The notes below the pieces were generated by a model. It did no database searches. It was not told the origin of the DNA and saw nothing but the letters and a program-made list of their open reading frames with translations. This document shows positions 26,548 through 38,948 of a DNA stretch of 64,000 bases, piece after piece. Source of the stretch: Octopus sinensis. Its lineage: Eukaryota. The stretch is taken from contig NC_043004.1 in assembly GCF_006345805.1 (NCBI RefSeq), positions 27,466,001 through 27,530,000 of the forward strand, written 5' to 3'. The position numbers and the translations under genes were made by a program. Position 1 is the stretch's first letter. Every line of letters begins with the position of its first letter.

Positions 26548-26735
26548 ATGAGAATTTACAAAAAAAACAAAAGATGAAAACGGATGTGTAAACAACAAAC
26601 AGATGTATTAGTTTAACGCTCAAGAAGTGAGAAAGTCTTTTACGTTTCGAGCCTACACTCTTTGACAGAAGAACACAGAAATAAACAAGGAGAGGAAATA
26701 GAAAAAGGTATAGTGGCTAGCAATCTATCATGGTG
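26548..26735 (-). mobile_element. Penelope-like terminal-repeat fragment with a minimal hammerhead-like motif (26637-26671)
   Basis: Reverse complement CTGTCAA AGAGT GTAG GCTC GAAAC GTA aaag; same family as 45589 and 62018; lies in (TA)n. Confidence 0.7.
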
Positions 26736-27414
26736 ATATATATATATATCTATATATAGGAAATTTTATGGCAAGGTCTCATACAAATCTCCAGAAATTT
26801 AAACAATCTTCAGTGAATTTAGCTTTGCTCTCTTCTAGAGATAATATCAAACCTGATATTATTCCTAGAAACATTGTTTGGTAGAGACTATTTCATCTGG
26901 CCAGTCCTGAAATATGATATCACAAGTATTTGCTAACATTATTGACATTCAGTTTCAAGAAGAGAGGAACTCTGTAATATAGAAGAGAGCACTCTGATCC
27001 CTTCTCTTATCATTCATTTTTGTTTTGCAACAGAATCATTGCAGGAATAAATGTATCTTTACCTTTTGAATGGCAGATTTAGGAAATAATTTTTTGTAAC
27101 TAAACACTTTAAAACTTCGTATACAAGTAGAATGTGTCATATAAAACATCTTTTACTCTTAGCATTTTTGAGAAAAGTTTATATTTTTGAAGTTATTTTG
27201 TGTTAAAGTTGTCCTATTTCGGTAATTTCAACCAATCAATGACATGTATTCAGCTGATTAAAATTACTGCTGCTGTGGAGGAAAAACAAACAGGGTGTAT
27301 TAGTTTGACACTCAATGCTAACACTACATGAAACAGATGTGCAAGAGTAGCAACTGGCAAAATTCAATAGTGGAAGCTTGATACCCATGTACATGTGTGT
27401 ATACATTTATATCA

Positions 27415-27690
27415 ATATCTGCAAACTTCTCAATAGTTCAGCAAAGGTGTTCTCTTTTCCACTGATCTTCAGCTTTATGTTAACATCTGCTGGGCAGCTG
27501 ATTTCCACAACTGTACAGTTTCTCTTCTCTATTTCAAATCATTATATCAGATCTGTTGTGTTTATAATTTATTGAGGTTTTCAGTGGTACATTCCGCCAG
27601 TACTCCTTTGTTTTATGAGTGGCCATGGCATCCACCATACTGTGGGCTCTTATCTCTTTGTCTTTGAGGTTATCCTTTTGACAGATTTTA
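27415..27690 (-). mobile_element. R4/Dong RLE fragment (subfamily of 12.7-13.7 kb)
   Basis: EYWRNVPLKT..KHNRSDIMI; shares gggcagctgatttccac with ~12960. Confidence 0.7.
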
Positions 27691-27850
27691 TATGTATGTA
27701 TGTATGTATGTATGTGTATGTATGTATGTATGTGTATGTATGTATGCATGCATGCATGCATGCATGTATGTATGTATGTATGAATGTATGTATGTATGTA
27801 TGTATGCATGCATGCATGTATGTATGTATGTATGCATGCATGCATGTATG

Positions 27851-27884
<34 letters not shown>

Positions 27885-28369
27885 TTTCAGTTTGTGAAGC
27901 TTCAAACTTTTGTTACAGTGATGTAAGAATTTTTTCATATTGTACTTTTATGCAAAAAGAAATTAAAAATGAAATTAGAATTTTAATTAAGAGAGGAAGA
28001 ACACAAATGACTGTGCCATATCTCTCATTCTTTCTACTTTAAACATTTAGGAAATCACAAGTATTTGGTTCAATTCATTTGGATAATTTCCTCTGCTAAA
28101 CCTTATCCATAATTTCCTCCCCACAGCATCATGTTTCTCCTCATATCTCCCATGCTTTTTTTCAAACTTTTTCTTTTTGTCTCAGCTTCATCATCCTACC
28201 ACTTAATTTCTTATAAATCTTACCATTTTCTCCTGTTTTTTTTTCTTGTCTTTTGCTCCAAGTATGACTTACTTCTCTAAGAAAACCCAATAGTATTCAA
28301 TGTTCCCAAATCTCTTTGTTCCCCTCCCCTTCTCTGTCCTTTTCTTTATCCATTTCTCTATTTCTGTCT

Positions 28370-28401
<32 letters not shown>

Positions 28402-29278
28402 ATTTCTGTTTCTTTCTCTCTTCTTTTCTGTCTATCTCTCTCTATATATATCTGTCTCTTTTTCCCCTCTCTCTCCAACTATCCAGCTAACAACTTTCAT
28501 ATATCTCTCTCCTTCTTTTTCTCTATCTCTCTAAATATCTCTTTCCATATCTTCATGCATAAATACATAAGTCTGAAGATTTTAAAACTCAGATATAAAG
28601 TAATTTAATAAATTATTTTATCATTTTAGTATTTTGTGAAAACTAAATTGTATTTTATGATTTTTCAACAAAATAAATGTGACCTAATATTCAAAATTTT
28701 TTTAATATTTTAATATTTTCTTGATTTGATCCAATTTTGCTTCTTTGTTAATTACCATTTCTCATAGAACCTATGGGAAAATAAAAAATCATGTGAATTC
28801 CTAAATTCTTAACCTGAAGAAATATTGAAGGACAAGAATAGGACCATTCCACCATTTTGAATTATGATTCTATACATTGCTAACCGAATAGCTTATCTTA
28901 TATTTCTTGCCTTTTTCTTACTATTCCTTCCCATTCTTTTGTGCCTGCTTTCTTTCTGTCTTCTGTTTGGATTCCTGGTTACAACAAGGAATAATACAGT
29001 GAAATATGCTGCTAGTGTACCAAATGTAACAATATGGAACGTTTCATGTATGGTCTCCAACTATTATTGTTGTTGTTATGATTGTTGTTATGGTTACTGT
29101 TGAAGTTGTTATATTCTTTTTTTTTTCATAATGGATGTGGTTGTTGTTATTGTTAGCTGATTTGAGATGAATATGTTCAAACAAATTTGTGACACTAATG
29201 GTGTTAATTGCAGATTTAGAATATGAAAAGACTTAAGACAATGTGTAAGAATGTGAAACAGTGTGTAAATATTTGAGT

Positions 29279-29606
29279 GAGGGTGCGTGGCTTAGTGGTT
29301 AGGGCATTCGGCTCATGATCGTAAGGTTGTGAGTTCGATTCCCGGCGACGCATTGTGTCCTTGAGCAAGACACTTTATTTCACGTTGCTCCAGTCCACTC
29401 AGCTGGCAAAAATGAGTTGTACTTGTATTTCAAAGGGTCAGCCTTGTCACTCTCTGTGTCACGCTGATTATCCCCGAGAACTATGTTAAGGGTACACGTG
29501 TCTGTGGAATGCTCAGCCATTTGCACGTTAATTTCACGAGCAAGCTGTTCCGTTGATCGTATCAGCTGGGACCCTCGTCGTCGTAACTGGCGGAGTAGAA
29601 GAGAGC
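29279..29606 (+). mobile_element. Full tRNA-derived SINE
   Basis: A-box tggcttagtgg, B-box gagttcgattccc; 11-bp target duplication aaatatttgag. Confidence 0.92.
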
Positions 29607-30107
29607 AAATATTTGAGGAGTTGTTTGAGGAGATTTAACGAGTTTCAGCAGCTTGAGATACAACAGTGTCAAATCTCTCATGAGTTTTAAGAAGATAACT
29701 CACTGTTTTGAGAATGTCTTCCATTGGTCCAAGAAGATATTTTACTGTTTAAAGAAATCAGTTCATTTGTTCCAGAAGATAGCACACTGCTTTGAAATGT
29801 CCCTTCATTTGTCAGAAAATAAAGATGAAGATGAAATTAATCTTTAAGAAGACAGTACTAAATCGAATGTAAAAAGGATTAAAGACTCAGACATAATGAT
29901 GCTGTGGTATCAGGCTAAAGAGGAGAAGGATGAGGAGATCGGAGTAAAGAGGATGAAGATGAAGAAATCAAGGTACAAAGGATGTGGAAGGCTAGATAAG
30001 GCTAAAGAAGAAGTAGACTATTTGATTTAGGTAAAGAACAATCAATTAATTAGTACACAAAATTTCCACATCAACAGTGACATAGAAGCTTTATCATTCA
30101 TTTCCAA

Positions 30108-30430
30108 TCATCATCATCATCATCATCATCGTTTAATGTCCGTTTTCCGCGCTAGCACGGGTTGGACGGTTCGACCGGGGTCTGGGAAGCCAGGAGCTGC
30201 TCCAGGCTCTAGTCTGATCTGGCAGAGTTTCTACGGCTGGATGCCCTTCCTAACGCCAATATTCTGTAAAAACACATCAGACTATGGGGGAATATTAATT
30301 TGCTTAGAAACAGGTGGGGTTGATAGTAGGATGGGAATCCAGCCCTAGAAAAGCTGCCTCAGTAAAATTCTATCCAACCCATACAAGCATGGGAAAGTAG
30401 ACATTAATTAAAACAATGATGATAATGATG
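30108..30430. mobile_element. RTE-related short element fragments in opposite orientations
   Basis: (CAT)n + cgtttaatgtccgttttcc (- strand), then ccaacccatacaagcatgg..(TGA) (+ strand). Confidence 0.65.
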
Positions 30431-30453
30431 GATATATGTGTGTGTGTGTGTGA

Positions 30454-30755
30454 AGGCACGTGGCTTTGTGGTTGAGGTGCTGCACTTGCAATTGTGAGCT
30501 CATGGGCTTGATTCCCAGACTGGGCTTGATTCCCAGACTGCATTGTGTTCTTGAGCAAAACACTTCATTTCATGTTGCTTTGCGATCATTTCAACATCTG
30601 ACATGTGGTACCCATTGCACCTATACAGGTAATGTCGATCTGATGGAGGGAGTGAGCTTATGTCTACACAAACATTCGATCACTATAAACAAATCCTCTG
30701 TGTGGTTGTTCAGTAAGAAATTGTTGAACCCTCATACATCATCTAACGACAGGTG
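30454..30755 (+). mobile_element. tRNA-derived SINE variant
   Basis: tRNA-like head with duplicated tgggcttgattcccagac; gtgttcttgagcaaaacactt body. Confidence 0.7.
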
Positions 30756-30776
30756 AATCCATTATATATATATATA

Positions 30777-31048
30777 GGTTGTGGTGAATAAATTGTCTTC
30801 TAAATTATGCAAAAAATGAAAATAACACTGACATCTCATTTTAACAGATATATTTACCAAATCTGTATAAAAATATCTTGAAATACTAAAGAGTAAATTT
30901 ATTCAATAAAATTACAATTGGCTTCAATGTCCTCCAGACAACTCTTTGGAACACTCTCACTTGCAACTTTTTGGAACAGTCTCCTTGTTTAAGTTGGTGA
31001 ATGTTGCCATAATCCTAATTCTTGCCTTCAGTTCATCTTTGGTGTTAT
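30777..31048 (-). mobile_element. maT-like transposon 3' fragment
   Basis: Reverse complement NTKDELKARI..; related to the 5204-6432 and 59435 C-termini. Confidence 0.5.
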
Positions 31049-31647
31049 ATAAGATAAAATATCCTGTATGTACCTACTTAAGCTAGGCATCCATTTTTAG
31101 CTACCCCTACTGACCACTGAACTGAATTTTCTTTCTGACCACACTCAACCTAGAATTCATCCATTAAATTAATAGACATAAATGCCTTCCTCCTCCACTT
31201 TACCAAAACCTTAATACCTGACCTCTCACCCCGAACCGACCATCACGAAGAATAATACTGGCATCTTATCTTTATGTTTTGATTTTATTTTACTTTGGCT
31301 CTCATTCATTTCCCACTGCTATCCCATCCCTTTCTTTTCTCTCTTCCATTGACTCTTTCACAACCCATATCTGTCTATCACGATGTCTGCCTTTCTCACT
31401 CTATATACCCACGTAGACCTTTTCATACAAGCTAACCACTTAATTCTATTCCTTCAACATGAATGCAACATTCAAAATACTGCCAAAATACTGCCTGGAT
31501 TTACCTGGGATTATACCAACCTCCATACCCTCTGGAAGAAGATGAGCTGTGAACTTTATTCTCCTATCTGTATAATTTTATCTACTGGTTTACTCTTTAA
31601 TTCTTCTGTCAACGAATTTCCCTGCCTAGATCTTACATACATACCTT

Positions 31648-31723
31648 GTCCCTGATGACAGAATATCCAGTGTACGGACATGCCAGTCTATCACTCAGAA
31701 TATTCCAGAAACAGCTGTAAGAC
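31648..31723 (+). ncRNA. Type-I hammerhead motif in a Penelope-like terminal repeat (~31050-31812)
   Basis: gtcc CTGATGA [gaatat..cagtg/cact..atattc] GAA ACAGCTGT A agac; palindromic stem III. Confidence 0.75.
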
Positions 31724-33380
31724 TTCAAATTTACCTTACCTTAATTAAATATTCTCAATTACTTGAGATACCTGTCTTTCCTTGGTTTTTGTTGTCTTTT
31801 TTCCTCTTATACAAATATATATATATATATATATATATATGCATGTGTGTGTGTACTCGCAAACATAGCATTCTAGACATTATTGTATTGATAAAACATG
31901 TTTACACACACATTTTTTCTATAACAGTGAACTTTAAAATAGTTAATATCAATTCTGTTTATAAAAGACAGAGTTACAACGATCTTAGAATGCTGCTGCA
32001 CATGGAATATACAAGCAGTGAGTATTGCAGAGGCTGTGAATAGATGGCACACTATTTATAATTAGACTTTCTAACTCTTTGCTTGACTTATAATGAATCT
32101 AATATGTAAAATATTTGATTGTAAGCCACTTCAAGTTCAAAAATCAGTCAATGGAAAACAGCTGGACACGGGGATGAGATGATAGTCCATCAGAGATAAA
32201 CTTCCTTGAAATCCTTCTGCCTATTCCTAACAGCTATGTAGATTACAGCACTTGTGTTGCAGTATTAAATGCATGCAAATTCTTCATACTATTTCATATT
32301 GTGTTGTGTGTTTGCTACATCATCTACACAATTAAAATCTTCCCTACACATGGACATAAATATATCACTGTTAAAATATACCAGAAATCTGATATGTATT
32401 CGTCAGACTGTTAAGTGAAATAAAGATTGCTAAAATAATAATGTTCTTCCTGGGAGATTCAACAGAATCCTTGTGACAATGAAATATTTGAAGATTCATG
32501 AGTTGGTTGTCCAAAATTATATGAAAATAGTTTTTGGAGATCACACAAAAGCACTTAACAGCCGATATATTAAACAGTGGAAATATTAATGAGAAACGTG
32601 CAGAAGATTTATAAATACTTAATGAGAATAACTTTACGAAAATGTAATTAATTTTCATTACATATTATATAGATTTTTAGTATTGGTTTTAGTTTTCTTC
32701 AAAGATTATGGAGTTGAAAATCTCTTTTATTTTTAAGCAAATTACTTTACTCAAAACATTAAATATACAAACATATGCACAAATAAAATCAAACTTCAGT
32801 AATATATATATATGTTTGAGTATGAATGAGTGTGTGTGTGTGTGTGTGTGTGTGAATGAGTGGTATCTCACTGTGTTTGCAGATTTATTTGAGATATATG
32901 TTCCAAAAATGGTTGGCACTGTAAGACATTTTTTCATCTGCTTTCAACAATATGTATCTATGTGTGTGTGTATGTGTGTGTAGTGAGAAAGACAGAGAGG
33001 AAGAGCAAAATGCAGAGACAGACAGAGAGATTGAAAGATGCATATATATATATATACATACATATATATATATGTATATATATATATATAATTGAGAATG
33101 CATGTGTTTGTGTGTGTGTGTGCATATGTGTGTGTCTGTCTGTCTATGTGTCTGTATGTGTGCATCACTAAAACTCAAGAACTACCCAACCAATTTCATT
33201 CAAGTCTTACACATACTCTACTGAGGGTCCATGGAGTGTCATGGACTAAAAAAACTTCTTGCCTAATGCAAGCCCAGAGCAATCTCTTAGACTGTTTTGG
33301 TATTACATGCCAAAAGTGAAACAATAGTTTCAGTTTTAATAGTTTCACTATAAATACTATCACTATATATATAATATATA

Positions 33381-34193
33381 CTAGCTTAAGGTGACCCGCT
33401 CTACGTGCGGTTAAGAGTGTGGTTGTTACTTTCTGTTGCTTCCTTTCTGGTTTTTTATCACCACATTCTCCCTCTTTGTTTCTCTATCCTTTCTCTCTCA
33501 CTTTCCCACTCTCTTACTCTTCCTTTCTCTCGGACTCTCCCTCACTTTCTCTTACTCTTTATCTTTCTCTATCTATCTCTCTCCCATTTATAAACAACAA
33601 AAGATCTTGAGTAAGTTGAGAAAGGAAATATTTTGAAAGATCAATCATAAATATCAGGCAGAGACAACTAAAGGTCTGCTTCAAGGCAGACAGCAAAACA
33701 CTAACATTTAAAAGGGACAAAGTTTGAAGGGATAGAATCTGAGGATAATAGAGTCACCATGGCTGGCATTTCTTAACGACGGACATCAACGTAGTGGCAG
33801 TTTAATGGCTGGCGTAAAGTTTTTAACTTGATGTAAGAGAAAATTCCTGAACACCAAGTTTTGAAGTGATTCTTTCTCATGACAGTAGACTCACCAATGC
33901 AAACGTTCAAAACTTCTTCATGATGGATGGCAGCACATTGAAGATTTAAAGGCTGGCGCAAAATTTTTAGCTTGATGTAACAGAGAATTCCTAAACACCT
34001 GCTCCTGTAAATTTTTATCTCCTTCCAGTTCCATTTAGACCCCTTTTCACATTTTCGTTAATATAACCCGATTTCATTGGGGTCTACTCGGGTCACATTT
34101 TATAAGATGAGGAATTTAGTCCTAGAGGTCCCGCCTTTCATTTGAGGAAAAAAATAGTTGCTATGCAAACTCGCCAGCACTTTTAACATAGGT
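33381..34193 (-). mobile_element. Non-autonomous Helitron-like element
   Basis: 3' end on the - strand: ccgc-acgtaga-gcgg hairpin then ..CTAG|T; internal direct repeat at ~33805/33945; 5' boundary uncertain. Confidence 0.55.
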
Positions 34194-34333
34194 GCGCATA
34201 TTTTCAGCTCAACTGACCACATAATGCACACATTATATATATATATATATATACACATTAAATATATATATGTACATATATACGCATTATATATATGTGT
34301 GTGTACGCATTATATATACAAATGTATACTAAT

Positions 34334-34373
<40 letters not shown>

Positions 34374-34489
34374 TAATATGGGCCCAGGAATAGGGAGTGC
34401 AGCGGGGGCACCTGCACCCCTTGGAATTTTCAGGTGGTGCAAGATCAAAATTTGCACCCCCTACATAATTTAACCAGTTTCAGAAATTA

Positions 34490-34928
34490 GGGCTACAGCA
34501 AATATTGTACTCAACACCACAGAATTGCTTGTCAGTTGTTTGACCTTCACTAGTTGAGCATGGATTTGGTGACTGATGATATGTGCATCTCTGATCATGA
34601 GGATAGCCATGTGCTGAGAGGAATTCTTTGGGGTTTGAATAATTCACCCCTGGAAACATAGATGCTTTGTTCATTATCCTTAAATAAACCTTATTCAGGG
34701 ACCTTTTGAGCTGGATGTGCTATTCAACCTGAAAAAATTCTAACTGGGCTCCACCTGCAAGGTCATGTACTGTATATCTTGATTATGAGATCACCATGTT
34801 GTGCAACATATGGTTGTGATGCATGTGCCTGGTGTACCCTTATCAGATGGGTAGTCATGGTTGATATACTGGGCTTCATATATTTGTACCCCAGTGTCAC
34901 TTTGATGGTATGCACTGCTCTCTCACTC
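34490..34928 (+). mobile_element. ~550-bp element, copy 3 (left end missing)
   Basis: Starts at gggctacagcaaat; right end ctctctcactc+(AAT)n intact. Confidence 0.85.
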
Positions 34929-34971
34929 AATAATAATAATAATAATAATGATGATGATCATAATAATAATG

Positions 34972-35017
<46 letters not shown>

Positions 35018-35018
<1 letters not shown>

Positions 35019-35728
35019 GTATCTCAACAGGCACGATAGAGCTGCACAATATATTCACTGGGTAATCTGTAAAAACCTGGAGTTGCCCCATGAGAAAAAC
35101 TGGTGGGAACACAAACCACCCCCAGTGCTTGAAAATGACCACATCTCACTCCTCTGGAACTTCACCATTCAAACTGACAGGAAGATAGATGCAAATAGGC
35201 CAGACATCATATTGAAAGACTTCAAACAAAGAACATGCCTCCTCATTGATATGACTGTCCCAATCGATAAAACGTATCTGTCAGGACCTACCAAAAACTG
35301 AGCAAATATAAAGATCTTGAAATAGAAATCAGCAAAATGTGGAAGCTGAAGACTAAAACAATACCTGTTGTCATAGGTGCCCTGGGAATGATAGCAAAAG
35401 GGGCTGATAGCTACCTAACTCAGATACCAGGAAACCCCAAAATGGCAGAAGTTCAAAAGATAGTGCTCATGGGAACTGCTCATATCCTACGCAAAATACT
35501 CTCTATGTAACCTCAAGGTTTAAAACAACCATAATTTTCGGTTTAAAAAAAAAAAAAAAAAAAAAACTTTTTTTAGACATCATTAGTACAACATCCCCCC
35601 CCCCAAAATATATGGCACACTAGGCATAACAACAACATGAACTTCCAACCCTGTTGTCTTGAGGTCTCTGGGTGAGACTTGGAGCCAACTTGTACAAATA
35701 TAAAGCAAAAGTCAAACATGAATAGAAT
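35018..35728 (+). mobile_element. 5'-truncated R4/Dong element (RLE endonuclease and 3' UTR)
   Basis: YLNRHD..WNFTIQTDRKIDANRPDIIL..IDMTVP..KYKDL..IPVVIGALG; (AAT)n on both sides. Confidence 0.92.
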
Positions 35729-35733
35729 TAATA

Positions 35734-35788
<55 letters not shown>

Positions 35789-35789
<1 letters not shown>

Positions 35790-36333
35790 GCCCTGATGCA
35801 GTACCAGGCAGTGTGTCTCATGGCATCTGATCTCAACTGGATTGGAAGTGTTATCATGTACATGTTTTTGTCTTGATATAAAAGATGGGCTACAGCAAAT
35901 ATTCTGCTCAATACACAGATTGCTTGGTAGTTGTTTGACCATAACCTGTTGACCATGTCCCTGAGTGGCTGACGATATGTGCATCTCTGATCACGAGAGA
36001 GTAGTGGCCGTGTGTTGAAAGGAATTCTTTGGGGTTTGGATAATTCTCCATTGGAAACATGGGTGTTTCGTTCAATATCCTTAAACAAGCCTTATTCAGC
36101 GACCTTTTGAGCGGATGGGCTACTCGACCTGAAGAAAATTCTAACTGAGCCCCATCTGTAAGGTCATGCGCTTTGTTTATCTTGATATGAGATCACTATT
36201 TCGCGCACATATAGTTGTGATGTATGTGCCTGGTGTACCCTTATCAGACGGGTAGTCATGATGAGTATACTGGGCTTCATAGTTTTTTTTTTACCACAGT
36301 ATTACTTTGATGGCATGCACTGCTCTCTCACTC
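35789..36333 (+). mobile_element. ~550-bp element, copy 4
   Basis: Both termini present within (AAT)n. Confidence 0.88.
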
Positions 36334-36367
36334 AATAATAATAATGATGATGATGATAATAATAATC

Positions 36368-36409
<42 letters not shown>

Positions 36410-36438
36410 TAATAATAATGATAATAATGATGATGATG

Positions 36439-36493
<55 letters not shown>

Positions 36494-36510
36494 TAATAAT
36501 GATGATGATG

Positions 36511-36567
<57 letters not shown>

Positions 36568-36601
36568 TTGATAATAATAATAATAATAATGATAATAATA
36601 A
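36334..36601. repeat. ~270-bp (AAT/GAT)n microsatellite
   Basis: Directly visible. Confidence 0.97.
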
Positions 36602-36782
36602 TCCTTTCTGCTATAGGCACAAGGCCTGAAATTTTGGGGGAGGGGCCAGTCGAGTAGATCGACTCCAGTACGCAACTGGTACTTAATTTATTGACCCCGA
36701 AAGGATGAAAATCAAAGCCGACCTCGGCGGAATTTGAACTCAGAACGTAGCATCAGACGAAACCACCGCTAAGCATCTTGCT
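36601..36782 (-). mobile_element. tRNA-derived SINE with (ATT)n tail; further copies at 37495-37705 (-) and 49366-49548 (+)
   Basis: Reverse complement: gagttcaaattccgccgaggtc..ttcatcctttcggggtc..aagtaccag..gccttgtgcctatagcagaaaggatt(att)n. Confidence 0.85.
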
Positions 36783-36792
36783 AATAATAATA

Positions 36793-36831
<39 letters not shown>

Positions 36832-36853
36832 TAATAATAATAATAATAATAAA

Positions 36854-37403
36854 TGCCCTGATTCAGTACCAGGCAGTGGCTCTCATGGCTTCTGAGCTTA
36901 ACGATTGGAAGTGTATCATTACATTGTTTTGTCTTGGTATAAAAGATGGGCTACAGCAAATATTCTGCTCAATACCACAGATTTGCTTGTCAGTTGTTTG
37001 ACCATAACCAGTTGAGCATGTCCATTAGTAGCTAATGATATGTGAATCTCTGATCACGAGCAGAAGTAGTGGGGGAGCATCATAGCCATGTGTTGAGAGG
37101 GATTCTTTAGGGTTTGAATAATTCACCTCTGGAAACATGGGTGGTTCTTTCAACATCCTTAAACAACCCTTATTCAGGGACTTTTGAGCAGGATGGGCTA
37201 CTCAACCTGAAGAAAATTCTAACTGGGGCCCACTGCAAGGTCATGTGCTGTTTATTTTGATATGAGATCATCATGCCGCGCACATATGGTTGTGATGCAT
37301 GTGCCTGGTGTACCCTTATCAGACGGGTAGTCATGATGGGTATACTGGGCTTCGTATATTTTACCCCAGTGTCACTTTGATGGCATGCACTGCTCTCTCA
37401 CTC
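36854..37403 (+). mobile_element. ~550-bp element, copy 5 (reference copy)
   Basis: 550 bp from tgccctgattcagtacc to gctctctcactc; (AAT)n on both sides. Confidence 0.9.
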
Positions 37404-37452
<49 letters not shown>

Positions 37453-37724
37453 TTAATAATGGTCGTGATGATGATGATGATGATGATGAGGATGATCCAT
37501 TCTACTATAGGCACAAGGCCCGAAATTTGAGGGAAGGGGATAGTCGATTATATTGACCCCAGTGTTTCACTGGTACTTAATTTATCAACCCTGAAAGGAT
37601 GAAAAGCAAAGCTGACCTAGGTAGAATTTGAACACAGAACATAGTGGCAGATGAAATGCCACTAAGCATTTCACCTGACATGCTAATGATTCTGCTAATC
37701 TCACAGACAATAATAATAATAATA

Positions 37725-38018
37725 GGAGACCAGAGAAGCGAGATTGCTAAGATGTGGCAGCTATGAGAGTTGAACATAAAGGGTATCCCTATTTTCATCA
37801 GAGCATTGAGTTTGATACCACCCAACCTGAAAAAACATCTGAAAACCTTAGAGCTACCCTACAATCTAGATGTATTGCAAACGTTGGCATTACTTGGAAC
37901 CACACACATTGTGCAAAGTATTGTCTGTCTGAGGTCCTTGTGACTTAACAGACAGTACAAACCCCCAGTAGGCACAATATCTACAATCAACAACCTCACC
38001 GTATACTGTGCAATATCT
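37725..38018 (+). mobile_element. R4/Dong 3' fragment, another subfamily
   Basis: LRSEIAKMWQL..; LQTLALLGTTH; followed by (AAT)n. Confidence 0.65.
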
Positions 38019-38040
38019 ATAATAATAATAATAATAGTAA

Positions 38041-38096
<56 letters not shown>

Positions 38097-38109
38097 TGAT
38101 AATAATAAA

Positions 38110-38438
38110 TACCCTGATGCAGTACCAGGCAGTGGCTCTCGTGGCTTCTGATCTTAACTGATTGGAAGTGTTATCATGTACATTGTTTTGTCTTGGTATA
38201 AAAGATGGGCTACACTTTTGAGCGGGATGGGTTACTCGACCAGAAGAAAATTCTAACTGGACCCCACCTGTAAGGTCATGTGCTATTTATCTTGATATGA
38301 GACCACCATGTCGTGCACATATGGTTGTGATGCATGTGCCTAGTATACCCTTATCAGACGGGTAGTCATGATGGGTTTACTGGGCTTCATATATTTTACC
38401 CCAGTATCACTTTGATGGCATGCATTGCTCTCTCACTC

Positions 38439-38479
<41 letters not shown>

Positions 38480-38823
38480 TAATAATAATAAATACCCTGA
38501 TGCAGTACCAGGCAGTGGCTCTCATGGCTTCTGTTCTTAACTGATTGGAAGTGTTATCATGTACATTGTTTTCAGTCTTGGTATAAAAGATGGGCTACAC
38601 TTTTGAGCGGGATGGGTTACTCGACCAGAAGAAAATTCTAACTGGGTCCCACCTGTAAGGTCATGTGCTATTTATCTTGATATAAGACCACCATGTCGTG
38701 TACATATGGTTGTGATGCATGTGCCTAGTGTACCCTTATCAGACGGGTAGTCACGATGGGTTTACTGGGCTTCGTATATTTTACCCCAGTGTCACTTTGA
38801 TGGCATGCATTGCTCTCTCACTC
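38110..38823 (+). mobile_element. Two tandem internally deleted copies of the 550-bp element (38110-38438, 38493-38823)
   Basis: Both carry the junction gggctaca|cttttgagc and start with taccctgatg. Confidence 0.9.
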
Positions 38824-38863
<40 letters not shown>

Positions 38864-38887
38864 TAATAATATAATAATAATAATGAT

Positions 38888-38947
<60 letters not shown>

Positions 38948-38948
<1 letters not shown>

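Noticed and set aside
26768-26935. 55-codon ORF MARSHTNLQK...
   Set aside because: Short, no recognisable homology, and expected by chance
29279-29350. tRNA gene (also at 21955, 41003, 46010)
   Set aside because: A/B boxes are present, but the sequence runs into a SINE body with a target duplication and has no acceptor stem
36854-37403. HDV-like or hammerhead ribozyme in the 550-bp element
   Set aside because: A hairpin (cttctgatc/gattggaag in most copies) and a CTGAAGA occur, but I could not build the HDV double pseudoknot or a hammerhead core by hand
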